Of a DNA stretch of 64,000 bases, positions 1-12,900 are shown in pieces. The first letter of the stretch is position 1. The number at the start of each line of letters is the position of its first letter. The stretch is from assembly GCF_019393635.1 (NCBI RefSeq), contig NC_057863.1, positions 490,584,948 through 490,648,947 of the forward strand. The letters run 5' to 3'. This stretch comes from Dromiciops gliroides. Its lineage: Eukaryota. Below the pieces are notes generated by a model, which did no database searches, was not told the DNA's origin, and saw nothing but the letters and a program-made list of their open reading frames with translations. The position numbers and the translations under genes are program-made.

Positions 1-122
1 GGTTAAGTGACTTGCCCAGGGTCACAAAGCTACTAAGTGCCAAGTGTCTGAGGCCGGATTTGAACTCAGGTCCTCCTGAATCCAGGGCCAGTGCTCTATC
101 CACTGCATCTCCTAGCTTGCCC
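1..122 (-). mobile_element. tRNA-derived SINE (marsupial SINE1/MAR-type family). The copy is truncated by the window edge.
   Basis: The sequence is ggttaagtgacttgcccagggtcaca...ggccggatttgaactcaggtcctcctgaatccagggccagtgctctatccactgc. This is the reverse complement of the tRNA-like head GGGGCAGCTAGGTGGCGCAGTGGATAGAGC.... Confidence 0.85.
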
Positions 123-1089
123 TTGAGATTCTTTTATTCTCTTTAAGGCTATTCAGGATGAGGAACAATGAAAGACAATTAATTACTTGTTACCATAATT
201 CATTTTCTAGTGGTAGGTTTCTGAACAATTTGATCTATCTCCTATGAAGAAATTTATTTAAAATCATTCTCATATTCTTTAGTAGCCCACAATTCCTTTT
301 CTTCATCAAGGAAGCAAAAAAGTCGGCTCATGTCGAAATCATTCTCAACAAGGTTTCCAGGATGGCAACTGCCAAGTTAGCTCATTCTCTAATGGACAAA
401 GTTATAAATTTATAGTCATAATAAAGACTCATTATCATTCCACTGGCTTTCGACAAGCCGGACATGAAGAGGAAAACTGTACTGCATTTAATCAATTCAA
501 AGTACTCTGTTTTACTCTTATGAAGGTATTTTCTGCAGAGGTTAAAAAGTATTCTCTGATCCACTTTGCACATCTTTCTAAGGACAAATAGGAGGTTCTC
601 TTGGGAAGTCTTCAGATATATCAAAATAAAATTCATCAATAGGACCTAGATCTTAATTATGATACTCTGCTACAGAGAATCTTGCCTAATATTCTTCACA
701 TCCAAAGTTTCCAATCCACCAATTGGACAATTTTGTTCTGTGAAGCCTGATGCAACCTGCTACCCAATAACACTAATCTCCCTGTCTGAGTAAAATCCAC
801 TTGTATTGGAGTTGAGGACTCTGCTCCTCAAGTCAAAATTCATTGAATTTCATTTTTTGGTAGCCACATAATATAATTATTTTGTGCTTCCAGTTACCTT
901 GTCTTTTGAATTCTCCTATTTAAAAAGTATGGACTATTAGGCCCAGAAATTTCATCCTCTACAAAGAATTGGACTATTTGCCCTGTTGAGCTAGGTCCTG
1001 TATACACTGTTAGGTTTAGTAGACTCATATAATCTCAATTTCCAAAGGGAAGGTTGGTTTGCAAATTTTGCCTCTATAAGTGTTTTTTT

Positions 1090-1249
1090 GTTTGTTTGTT
1101 GTTTTTTTTTTGCGCGGGGCAATTGGGGTTAAGTGACTTGCCCAGGGTCACACAGCTGGTAAGTGTCAAGTGTCTGTGGTCAGATTTGAACTCAGGTCCT
1201 CCTGAATCCAGGGCCAGTGCTTTATCCACTGTGCCACCTAGCTGCCCCC
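1090..1249 (-). mobile_element. tRNA-derived SINE, full-length copy with a poly-T (A-tail on the element strand).
   Basis: The sequence is ttttttttttgcgcggggcaattggggttaagtgacttgcccagggtcacacagctggtaagtgtcaagtg...ccacctagctgccccc. Confidence 0.9.
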
Positions 1250-1784
1250 ACTATAAGTGTTTTGATCTCATCTCAGAATGATTAAATCCCCAGAATGTGG
1301 CAGGTTGGGAAAGCAAATAAAAACATCCTGATCTTCTAACAATTCTGTCTGGCTTTATCATCATCTGTTTACTAGATACTTTTGGTCCAGACAAGTGACT
1401 TCACTGGACAATTTAGAGAATTCCATAGTGGACAAACTTCCTTAATAGACACAAATAGGAAACTCATCTGTCAACTATTGTGTTCATGGCTTGCCTGAGG
1501 GCACTGAGAGGTGAAGTCCCTTTTCCATAGGCTCATAGAAATAGTGTATTTCAGAAGCAGTTCTTTGAATCTAGATCTTCCTGATTCCAAGGCCTATTTC
1601 CATTATTCGTCACCTTTCAGAAACTTAACTATTAGAAAATTACTTCCTTCTTACTCAAATTTTTTGTTTGTTTTTTTAATCTATCCCTCTTACCACAAAG
1701 TGACATGGGCAGACATAAGGGTGGAGTAGTAGTTATTCTGATTTCAATCAACATTACAGTCTTACTGATTAAGTTACATGGTCA

Positions 1785-1927
1785 GGGGCAGCTAGGTGGC
1801 GCAGTGGATAAAGCACAGACCCTGGATTCAGGAGGACCTGAGTTCAAATCTGACCTCAGACTCTTGACACTTACTAGTTGTGTGGCCCTGGGCAAGTCAC
1901 TTACCCCTCAATGCCCCCCCCCCAAAA
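1785..1927 (+). mobile_element. tRNA-derived SINE. Its orientation is inverted relative to the copy at 1090-1249.
   Basis: The sequence is ggggcagctaggtggcgcagtggataaagcacagaccctggattcaggaggacctgagttcaaatctgacctcagactcttgacacttactagttgtgtggccctgggcaagtcacttacccc. Confidence 0.9.
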
Positions 1928-2650
1928 GTTACATCGTCCATATAACAAATATGTATTTCTCTTATTTTTAGTTTAGCTTTCCAATAACACAAATTTGATA
2001 CTATCTCATGATTCCCTTCACATCTTTTTGGAAATTGATGGGGTTTAAATCCAAAATAATATCAAATCATGTAACATAAGAAGGAATTCACTGTTGCCAG
2101 GGCCTACATTTGGTAACTAGCAAAGAGTCGCAGATGACATATCAAAGAGCACCAGACATGCTGAATTCTTAGGCAAGGTTTCTCCCTGATAATAGAAAAT
2201 TGAATTTTTTGTTCTAGAAATTTTAAATTTCTACTTTATAGTAGGTATTATACAATTTAAAGGATTTAAAACTTTTTTCCATTTCTGACTAACATGGCAA
2301 ACTAATAAATTAATAGCATGTCATACAGGACTATCCTGATCCATCAAGTAAGCTCCATGGCCTTGACTGATGGCTTCTCTGTATTCCTGATGGGCTTCTT
2401 CCTTTTCCTTGACCTGGAAAAGAGCATTTTAAAATGTTATAACACCATATATGGTGACTTCATTATTTCATGCAGTAGAGCTAATTATTCAAACTCAAAT
2501 CCTAGAAATGTTCATTTCAGAAATGAGTCTGAAATGAATGTAAATTTGAAAAGTAGCCAATAGGTGTAAAATCCCCATCACCCCAGATAAATAAAAAGGG
2601 TGCGTCTGCAGAGAAAGCTGAACAAGTGGGTGTAATTCATTATTCTTTAC

Positions 2651-2782
2651 CTCTCCTATTATATGCTTGCCATTGATGAAAGCTTCAAATCCACACACAG
2701 CTGCTTTGTCATCCAAAGGAAAGACATATTTTGTTTCAATAGGCAGATGACTCTTATTGGTATATGTTTGAAAAACAATGAT
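2651..2782 (-). CDS. PARP4: PARP4 exon (start of the VIT domain). Encodes IIVFQTYTNKSHLPIETKYVFPLDDKAAVCGFEAFINGKHIIGE.
   Basis: The minus-strand translation matches human PARP4 ...VIVFQTYTNKSHVPIEAKYIFPLDDKAAVCGFEAFINGKHIVGE almost residue for residue. The acceptor is tttccag|ATC and the donor is GAG|gtaaag. The exon is 132 nt and in frame. Confidence 0.85.
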
Positions 2783-4679
2783 CTGGAAATAGAACAAAAT
2801 CCACTTTGTTAATGAAATGCTTTGGAAAAATATTTTTTGTGTGATGGAAAAGTGGCCAACAACTCTGCATATTTTGGGTTTAAACTATGCAGATGTTCTG
2901 ATATGTACCTTTGTTTTCTCATGGGTCCTACAGACTGAGGGTTGAGACATCTACAATGCAGAGCCTGAATCGCATGTAACTAAAGTACAGTTTGCTCTGA
3001 CTTTAAGCAGGGGCAGGCTTATTCCCGGTAGAGCTTATATAATGTTTTTTAAAAGCATGGTATAGTGGGGAAAAGTATTGTATGTAAATGAGAAGATCCT
3101 TAAAAATGGGTTGGACTCTGACTACATGTAAAACTAACAAAGATCAAGAGAACAGATTATGAATCATACCTTCTTCAAGACAGAAGTGGCAGACTACTAG
3201 GACAAAATATTGTATACATTGTCCAATACAACTGTATTGTACAGTTACTCAATCAAATGTGTCTGCCTAATGTTTTGTTTCATTTTTTAGTCTGGATCTC
3301 CCTATCTTGTCTAGGTTGTAAGTGCAGTGGCCTCTGATCATCTTGATCCCACTGCTGACCAACAGGGAAGCTTCACCAGACTCTGTCTTGAGCCAGTTTC
3401 AATCTCTTGTGGCAGATTGATGCTCTACCTACCACCACTATATTTGTGTTGGACTTAGCTGCAATAGAGCGAAAGCCAATCATGTCTGTCACTAGGAACT
3501 TCTGAACTCAAGTGATTTCACTGGCCTCAGGCTCCACAGTAGCAGTAGCAGTGGGTGTGTGTGCCACATTCTTAGCTTAACTGATTTTCTTGAGGGGGGG
3601 GGTGTTGAATATGGAGGGAATGGGAATTTAGAAATGACAGTGAAGACTAATGGCATTAACAAACCTTTTTTTTTTTTTTTAAAGAAAAAGGATTGTAAAG
3701 GAAAGCCAAGATTCTAGGCCTAGCTCTACCACTTGCTAGAACTGGTGTGAACTAGTCAAGTCAATTCACATCTCTGAGGATCAGTTTGCTCTTCCATAAA
3801 ATAACAGGGTTAGACTTGATGAGCTTTAAGGTTCTAATTCTAAATCCTATCATCCCATATATACTTTATATATAATATATACATCCTAAATCCTATATAT
3901 ACTTTCATCATAACTTGAAAGATCTATCTACTGCTAATGAACCTATAATTACTACCGATTTCTCAAGGCAGTTTTTAAACTTTAAGTCATAGAAATGTAT
4001 TTTTTTCCCAAAGGATGGAAACTCCAACCATTAAAATTATAATTATATAAGTGTACATATATTTTTATACATGTATTGAATAGATGACAAATGATAAGGA
4101 GGAAATTTTTATATTGTTTTGTAGTCAAATATCTCCATCAAGGGGAGGTTAAACATTAAAACATAATTATTAGTAATAACAAAAAAGTATAATACAAGAA
4201 TTGTAATAAATTAATATTTCTTATTAATGTTGCTCATAATCTAGTTACTATAGAAACAAACAGTAATTTTTGTTTTTTGGATCTGTGATTTTACTGGGGG
4301 AACTCCAGGTGAGGAAACTCCCTCTGCCAAACCCAAATAATAATACTAACAATTTTTTAAAAAATCAGTAATTTAATTAAAATGTCTGGAGCCTAACTCT
4401 ATTATGTTGTATAGTAAAATGCCACCCATGGAACTCTAGAAGGTAAAATCTTGGGGTTTCTCAGAATATAGTTTGAAAATCCTTGGCTTAAAGCATCAAG
4501 TACCAAGATATGGGAGGAGGTAATAAGAGTACATCTAACTGTCATTAATAGGTCCAAGTTACCAGGTCTGTACAAACTACATAAAGAGTACTGAAAGAAC
4601 AGGGGGATGTCTTGGCTGAGCTCCCATCCTTGATCCTTGAAAACTCATAAAGGTCAAAGAATATGAAAAAGGAAGCTTT

Positions 4680-5640
4680 TTTCCCTTCCCCTTTGTCTTT
4701 TTTAAAGTAGTATTTTATTTTTTTCTAATTATATGTAAAGACAAATTTTAATATTCATTTAAAAATTTTGAGTTCCAAAATTCCCCCTTTCCTCTCTCAC
4801 TGGCCCCCTTCCTAGAATGGTAATCAATTTGACCTAAGTTATATATGTGCAATCATGTAAAATGTATTTCCATCTTAGTCATGTTGTGAAAGAAAAAAGA
4901 GATAAAAGGAAAAAAAACACCCCAAATAAAACATTTTAATCTGCATTCAGACTCCATCAGTTCTTTCTCTGTATGTAAATAGCAATTTTCCTCACGAGAC
5001 CTTTAGAATTGTCTTAGATCATTGTATTGCTGGGAATAGCTAAGTCATTCAGAGTTGATCAAAGTATAGTGTTGCTGTTCCTGTGTACAATGTTCTCCTG
5101 GTTCTGCTCATTTCACTTTTTATCAGTTCATGTAAATTTTTCCAGGTTTTTCTGAAATAATCTTGCTTGTCATTTTTTATAGCACAGTATTCCATCACAA
5201 TTATATACCACAACGTGGTCAGCCATTCTTCAATTGATGGGCATCCCCACAATTTCCAGTTCTTTCCCACCACAAAAAGGGTTGATATAAATATTTTTGT
5301 ACAAATTGGTCCTTTTCCCTTTTTTTGAAAATCTCTTTGGGATACATTTGATAGTGGTATTGTTGGATCAAAGGGTATGCACAGTTTGACTGCCCTTTGG
5401 ACATAGTTCCAAATTGCTCTCTAGAATGGTTGGTTCAGTTCACAACTCCACCAACAATGCATTAGTGTAGCCTTTTCTACACATCCCCTCCAATATTTGT
5501 TATTTTCCTTTTCTGTCATATTAACCAATCTGATACATGTATGGTAGTATCTCAGAGCTGTTTAAATTTACATTTCTCTGGTCAATAGTGATTTAGAGCA
5601 TTTTTTTCATATGCATATAGATAGCTTTGATTTTTTTTTA
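4680..5640 (-). mobile_element. LINE-1 3' end, comprising the ORF2 C-terminus and the 3'UTR.
   Basis: Minus-strand ORF remnants read ...CAYPLIQQYHY... and ...WLTTLWYIIVMEYCAIKNDKQD..., which is typical of an L1 ORF2 C-terminus. An A/T-rich tail with tttgagttccaaaattcc sits at the low-coordinate end. Near-identical 3' ends recur at 11440-11890, 50540-51190 and 55400-56130. Confidence 0.8.
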
Positions 5641-5649
5641 TCTGAAAAC

Positions 5650-5960
5650 TGTCTGTTCCTATCTTTTAAAAAAGAAAGTTTTAAAAAGAAGAAATATAAA
5701 CTATCAAAACCATATTAAAGAATGCTCCAACATTCTAACACTAGGAGAACTGCACATTAAAACAACTCTGAAGTTCTCTACCTCATATCTATCTGACAGG
5801 GAAAGATGACAAGAGACAAAAATGGCAAATACTGGAGAGGCTGTGGGAAGACAGCCACACTAATGCACTGTAGGAGGAAATTTGTCCAACCATTCTAGGA
5901 AAGGGCTTGGAATTTTACCAAAAAATTCACTAAAATGTATGTGTCCTCTGACCCAGTGGT
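5650..5960 (+). mobile_element. LINE-1 ORF2 fragment.
   Basis: The plus-strand translation reads ...KTTLKFSTSYLSDRER... and is similar to the L1 ORF2 segment (…MQIKTTLRYHLTP…) seen again at 46600-47345. Confidence 0.6.
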
Positions 5961-5984
5961 ACCACTAATTGTTATTTTATAGTT

Positions 5985-6215
5985 GTTTTCAGTTGTGTCT
6001 GACTTTTCATGGCCCTTTTTGGAGTTTTCTGGGCAAAGATACTAGATTGGTTACTATTTCCTTCTCCAGCTCCTTTTACAGATGAGGAAACTGAGGCAAA
6101 CAGGGTTAAATGACTTGTCCAGGGTCACACATCTAGTAAATGTCTGAGGCCAGCTTTGACCTCAGATCTTTCCAATTCTTGGCCTGGCATTCTATTCACT
6201 ATTGCAGGGCCTCTT
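5985..6215. mobile_element. MIR/MAR1-like SINE, an older family with a ~100-bp non-tRNA 5' region plus a shared core.
   Basis: The sequence is gttgtgtctgacttttcatggcccttttt...tttccttctccagctccttttacagatgaggaaactgaggcaaacagggttaaatgacttgtccagggtcacacatctagtaaatgtctgaggccag. The same unit recurs at 9690-9880 and 28020-28270, with a fragment at 26745-26825. Confidence 0.75.
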
Positions 6216-8859
6216 AAAATTTTTCCACTTGTGACCCCTTTTTGCCTGAGAAAATTTTACATGATCCCTGGCATATAGATTTACATGACCTTTTTCTGTT
6301 GCCACATTTTTCACAACTACCAAATTCAGTTATGTGACTCCACATGGAGTCATGACCCATAATTTAATAAGCTTTGCACTATGCTTCCTACATGCCCTGA
6401 TATCACTAATACACATATATAAAACAACAAAATTATATATAGGGTGGAGCCACATATACGAAAGTATTTATAGAACAATTTTTGTAGTAGCAAAGAACTG
6501 GAAGAAAAGCAGGGACCTTCTTTTGCCTTTCTCTGTATCTCCAGCACTTAGCACAATTCTTGGCACATATAAATATGCTTAATAAATATTTAGTGACTGA
6601 CTGACCAAAAGTATGTGCCCAATGAACTGGAAATGGATGAAAAATTGTGGCATACGAATATAATAGAATATTATGCTATAAGCTATGACAAATATTAAGA
6701 ATTTAGAGAAACCTGGGAATGATTGTATGAACTGATACAAAGTAAAATAAAATCAGAGCTAGAAGAACAATTTACCCAATGACCACAATAAGGTCAAGTA
6801 AAACAATATGGTAGTACTTCAGAACTTTGATCATTGCAGTGATCTATCAGCACTCCAGAGGAATGATGGTTAAATATGCCTTCTGCCTTTTGGCAAAGCA
6901 GTGAACTATAGGTCTGGAAAGGGGATACATTTCAAGACCTGGCCAATATGTTGATTTGTTTTTCTTGACCATACTTATCTGTTAAAAGGAAGGGTTCACT
7001 TAGCAAATGAGGGAGTCATGGGGGAGTGATAGGGATGACTGAAAAAAAAGAAACTTAACAAAAGCTTTTTTTTGAGGCAATAGGGGTAAAAAGCCTTTAA
7101 AAAAAAAAAGAAAGACTCATGGGGAAATAGGGGGAAAAACCATTCTAGCTATAATTTATGATGAAAGGTATCACAGGACTCACTTGAGATGGGAAAACAT
7201 GACCCTGATTTTCAAATAGAGAAAGAATCTGGAGGGCTCCATACAAAGACAAATTGTTTCTCTATCTAGACCACAGTTAGCCCTACTAAGAATAGCCACA
7301 GTTAGTCCTACTTCCACTAAGTGTAGATTTGGAGCACTCATGGTTGCTTTTCCTGATATTCACCCTTATACTGTACTCATACAAAAAAGTATTTACCCTT
7401 GACCTATATTTGATGGATCTGCTTTGTCAACCAACCATTCAAAACTGGGTTTAATGTAGTTGTCCCACTTTGTATAGATTTTTAAAGAATATGTATTCAT
7501 GCTACTGTGTCCTTGATTGTAAGCTTAATTAGTCATTTGATAATTTTTAAAATAGTGGTAGAAAAAAGGTACTTTTGCTAGGACAGAAATATGTAGAAAT
7601 CCTGCTTGAAAAGGAGTTTGGCATCTCAGTCCTTTTCATTTCAAAATAAAACTTATAACCTTGGCAGAGTCCATGAAATTAACAAGATATAAATACTGAT
7701 CTCGTTCCAAGAAGAAATGTCTCTATCTCAGAGAAAAATGCACAGGGAAAGCACAAAGTTGCACTACTCTAGAGTTTCTCTTTGTAGGTCAAGGACAGTC
7801 TATGGGCTGGAAGCCCAGTCATAAATTCAACTAAAAGGGTTTTTTTGTGTTTTGTTTTAAAGTATGATTAATTTTCTCTACTGACGACCTTTTTTCAATC
7901 CCTCATTATGATATGGAGGTGACCCTGGGCTCTTGAAGGCAATAAGAACAGAGCACAAACACTGGCAGGTGCTTCCAAGCTGAAAAAAATGGAGTCTAGC
8001 AATAGTCTAGATGTTTGACATCTGAGGTCAAGTGTAGCTAAGTTTAGAAAGACACATTACTAGGCTGATCACTAGGTTATGAATTTTTCAGCATGACAAC
8101 TCTCAAAAGGTCACCTATTAAGTTATAGAGAGGTTACAATCTGTATGAGGGGGTGGGAGTGCCTACAGCAAAAACACAGTTACCTGAAATATTGAAATGT
8201 GAATAATTTAGAGGCAAATTTATCTACAGCAGAAGTCTCATAAGAACATAACTCAATATGAAATGTAAGTACCTCTCTGATGATAAATGGTCAGCCATAT
8301 AGTGGTAAATGGTGTGAATGTCATGACTTGTTAGTTTGCTGGTTCTTGACTATACAAAAAAAATCTCCCCTCCCCCAGAACATACTCTATCTGTTAGAAT
8401 ATAACAGTAATTTAAGTAGATATAATATATTTAGGTTTCAGTAAAGCATTCAAAATGTATCTCACACTGGCCTTATGGATAAGATGGGAAAATGAGGGCT
8501 GGATAATACTGTTAGACTCAGAAATGGCTCAGCAACTGAACTAAAAACCTAGTCATTAACAGGTTTATGCTAAACTGGAGGGAAATGTCTAGGGCAAATC
8601 CTTCAGAGATCTATGCTTGATCCTGTGAAGCTCAATATTTCTGCCAATGACTTAGATAAAGCAATAGAAAGCATATTTATCATATTTGCAGGTGTCACAA
8701 GGCTAGTAGGGATAGCTAACATAGTAGATGAAAAGATTTAAAAAGCTTCTTAGAGGCTAGAATGACAGGCTAAAACAAACAAATAAAATTTAATAAATAT
8801 AAATGTGAAGACCTACATCTTTATTTTTAAAAATATTCTTCCAATTACAAGTAAAAATA

Positions 8860-9660
8860 GTTTTTACATTCTTTTAAAAAATTTTGAGATCCAAATTCTC
8901 CCTCCCTTTCTCCTTTTCCCCCTTCATTGAGAAGGCAAGCAATTTGATACTGGTTACACAGGTGCAGTCTTGCCTTTTAACTTTGTTAAACCTGAGCTCT
9001 GTTCCCAGGGTGGAGGGGTCACTGTTTCAACCTTCATGTTTTATGTGCTGCTGTTTTCAGATCTAGTTCTGTAAGTCTGAAGTTCTTTCAAGGTGGTAGG
9101 TATAATCTAAGGAGAGATGTGGTTACTGCTCTCTGGCCAAATCTCTGGTCTGTGAGTGATCACAAACACTCAGTTTCTGCCCTGCTAGTTCTCCTCCTTG
9201 CCTGGGTACTATGACCTAGAACTACATATGGGCAATGCAACAAAGTCCGGCTCCCAATGTCAGGAAAGTGTCCCCCGTAATCTGACCAGTTGTCCAATGC
9301 CCTTACTGTCTGTGGGCTAAGAGTACTGTTTTAGTCACCTCTAAGGTCTGCTGCTGGCTTGCTGGGAATCAGCCTACACAGCAATAGTGTGCGCTGGATT
9401 GTGTTCCACTCTCACCCTGTTAAGACAGACCTTTATTGCCAACTTTTAAAGTTGTCTTGGACTTTTGCTGGTTCTGACACTTCAGAATTCATTTTCAGGC
9501 ATAATTTTAACATTGTTGGAGGGTAAGCTGCAAGAGTTCAGGTGAGTCCCTGCCTTTATTCTGCCATGTTGGTTCTGCCCCAATCTACATTTTTATTCAA
9601 AGAAATATTCACAATTACAGGACTGTATAGGTAGGACTAGATAACATTCCTGTGAAAAGA
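8860..9660 (-). mobile_element. LINE-1 fragments: a 3'-tail piece followed by a 5'UTR-like region.
   Basis: The 3'-tail motif is tttgagatccaaattctccctccc. The stretch 8990-9600 is homologous to 18560-19190 (…cagcttcttcactgcagtggag… against …ctgctggcttgctgggaatcagcc…). Confidence 0.55.
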
Positions 9661-9689
9661 ATTTGTTGTTGTTGCTGTTGTTCAATTGT

Positions 9690-9880
9690 TTCAGTTGTGT
9701 CTGACTCTTCATGATCCCTTTTGGGGTTTTCTTGACAAAGATACTGGAATAGCTTGCTATTTCCTTCTCCAACTCATTTTACAGACAAGGAAACTGAGGC
9801 AAACAGGGTTAAGTGACTTGCCCAGTGTCACACAGTTGCCAAGACCTGGAAACTCTATCCATTGTACTACCTAGCTGACC
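9690..9880. mobile_element. MIR/MAR1-like SINE copy.
   Basis: The sequence is ttgtttcagttgtgtctgactcttcatgatcccttttggggttttcttgacaaagatactggaatagcttgctatttccttctccaactcattttacagacaaggaaactgaggcaaacagggttaagtgacttgcccagtgtcacacag. Confidence 0.75.
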
Positions 9881-11439
9881 ATGAAAAGGGTTAGGGAATT
9901 TTGACAGACTACAAATTCACTATGATTCAAATGGCTAATATAGCGGCAGAAAAAGTTAACATGATTTTAGGATGTTTTAAGAGAGGCAGAGTATGTAGGA
10001 CTAGGCAATAATCCCACTGTACTTTTACCCTGATCAGACCCCATCTGGAATACTGTGTTCAGTTATAGGCATCACATTTTAGGAGGATGTAGACAAACTG
10101 AAGTATGTCTAGCAGAGGGTAAATAGGGCTGCAATAGGACTGGAAAGACCACACCGCAGAAGAAATTGTTGAAGGAAATGTGGAAATTTAGCCTGGAAAA
10201 AACTTAGGGGCTAATAACAATAATCTTCAGGTCTCTGAATGGCTTTCAAGTAGAAGACATTTAAACTTGTTCTGCTTGCCCCAGAGGACCAAACTACAGG
10301 TGATAGATGGAAGTCGCAGAGAGACAGATTTAGGCTTGATTTAAGAAAAAATTTCCCAAGATTAGAGTTGCCTAATAGTGAAATAGGCTGCCTTGGGAAG
10401 TAATGGATTTCCTCTTACTGGAGGTCTTCAATAAAAGCTGGATAATTACTTCTCAGTGATGGAATAGAGGGGTTTCACAGATAGGCATTGATTAGACTAG
10501 ATTACATGTAACATCCCTTCTAACTGAGATTCTATGACAATGATTATGTGATCCTAAGTCTCTTCATAAGAGATTTTTAAAGTTAAAATGCAATCAGGCC
10601 ATTAGTGTCAGGATCCAACAATGTGTGTAACTATAGAAAGACTTATTTACTTAATAATTTACTACTCTACTTTTAGAAAAGTACATATTTCAAAGAGATC
10701 ACAAAAATGTTATAAAATTCAGAGGATCTAGCTATTGCTGGATTATTTGAGTATGGTTCTTTATTAAATATAGCACAACAAAATAAAGTATACCTGGGCT
10801 ATGAAGTCCATTATTCTTCCCTTGATATGAATCTCTTCAAGTGGGATTTGAATCCCAGAAAGATCCTGAAGGCCAGCTTTTATGTTAGTGTAAGGGTTGG
10901 TATCTGGTAATGCATAATCTAAACAGTAACAATTTAATTGTTAGGTTTTTAAAAAGTGTCTTTGCCTAGTATAATTTTTTAGTTATTTTGCCCCTTACTG
11001 CTTTTCCTTAACCTAATACACTTATACTTTATGGTAAATGTAAAAATAGTCATTTATTTTGAATAACAGAGGATGAAATACAAGAAAATACAACTTTTAG
11101 ACAGCAAAGAGTTGGCAGCATTTGCAAAAACTAGTTTTTTTCTTTTAAATTTTAAGAATCTTGTCCCCCTTCTCTTCTCTCAATGTTTTGAATAACAAAG
11201 TATTTCAACATTTTTAGCATTTTCTTTTTTAAAATATGTAATAGAAATCCAAGTATATTTCTTGAATAGTTGAATTTATCCTTTAGTATACTACTAGGAT
11301 TTGTAACATTCACTATTAAATTCAAGAACACTCTTTGGTTGCTTATGTATGTGATAATTCATAAGCTATCACATGACATCTATGATATAAATATCTGATT
11401 TTTTTCTTTTTAAAATATTTTTAAATTTTTATTATTTAT

Positions 11440-12900
11440 TTTTAGCACTTTTTCTTCTTAAATTTTGAGTTCCATATTCTCTCCTTCCTTCCCATACCCT
11501 CCCCCACCCAGTGAGAAAACAAGCAAAATGATATTAACTATAAATGTGAAATAATGCAAAATATTTCCATATTAGTCATATTTCCAAAAAAGCAAGAAAA
11601 AAGGAGAAATACTTCAATTTGTATCGAGAGTATAACAATTATCTCTCTCTAGTGGTGTACAGTTTTTTTCATCATGAATCTTTTAGAATTGTCTTGGGTC
11701 ATTGTATTGATCAGAGTAGCCAAGTTTTTCACAGTTGATCATGATTATAAAATTGCTGTTACTGTCCATAATGATCTTCTGTTTCTTCTAACTTTACTTT
11801 GCATCAGTTCATAAAGGTCTTGCCATATTTTTCTGAAACCATCCCCCTTGTCATTTCCCAGTACAATAGTATTCCGCCACAATTATAGGAGTTATTTTCT
11901 TTAGAGAGCTTTTGTACCTCCTTTTCCATTTGGCCAATTTGGCTTTCCAAGGCATTACTTTCCTTGTGGGCTTTTTGTACCTGTTTTACCATTTGGCTTA
12001 GTCTGTTTTTTAAGGTGTTATTTTCTTCAGTATTTTTTTGTGTCGCTTTTACCAAGCTGTTGACCTTTTTTTCATGATTTTCTTGCATCACTCTCATTTC
12101 TCTTTCCATTTTTCTTCTACCTCTCTTACCTTATTTTCAGAGTCCTTTTTGAGCACTTCTATGGCCTGAGACCAATTCATATTTTTCTTGGAAGCTTTGG
12201 ATGTAGAAGCTTTGACTTTGATATCTTCTTCTGAGGGTATATTTTGATCTTCCTTGTAACCATAGAACCTTTTTATGGTCAGCATTTTTTTTCCTGTTTG
12301 CTCATTTTCCTAGCCTATTTCTTGACTTTTAACTCTTTGTTAAAGTGGGGCATTGCTTCCAAGCTCCACCACAATTATATACCACAATGGCTGAACATAG
12401 CCATTGTACAAATGATGAGCATTCCCTTGATTTCCAATTCTTTGCCACCACAAAAAGAGCTGATATAAATATTTTGTACATAAAAATCCTTTTCCTTTTT
12501 CTTTGATCTCTTTGAGGCACAAACATAGTAATGGTATTGCTGGGTCAAAGGGTATGCACAGTTTTATAGTTTTTTGGGCCTAGCTCCAAATTTTTCTCCA
12601 GGATGGATGGATCATCCCACTACTCCACCAACAATTCATTAGTGTACCAATTTTCCCCTCATCCCCTTCAGTATTTATCATTTCTGATAGGTATGAAGTA
12701 ATACCTCAGAGCTGTTTTAATATGCCTTTCTTTAATCAATGCGATTCAGAGTATTTTTTCATATGACTATTGATAGCTTTGATTTCTTCTTCTGAAAACT
12801 GCCTGTTTATATCTTTGACCATTTATCAATTGGGGAATGGCTTTTATTTTTATGAACTTAACTCAGTTCTATATTCAGTATATATTTGAGAAATGAGATC
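11440..12900 (-). mobile_element. LINE-1 fragments: a 3' end, an ORF1 coiled-coil remnant and an ORF2 C-terminal remnant.
   Basis: Minus ORFs encode a heptad-rich ORF1-like peptide (…EKEVQKLSKENN…, …EVEEKWKEK…) and the ORF2 C-terminus (…IFISALFVVAKNWK…). The 3'-tail motif tttgagttccatattctctcc is at 11460. Confidence 0.75.

Noticed and set aside
11804-12526. Minus-strand ORFs encoding a coiled-coil-like peptide (…KEVQKLSKENN…) and …ALFVVAKNWK….
   Set aside because: They are L1 ORF1 and ORF2 remnants and belong to transposable elements, not host genes. The same applies to 5049-5404, 16909-17580, 46600-47345 and 55885-56127.
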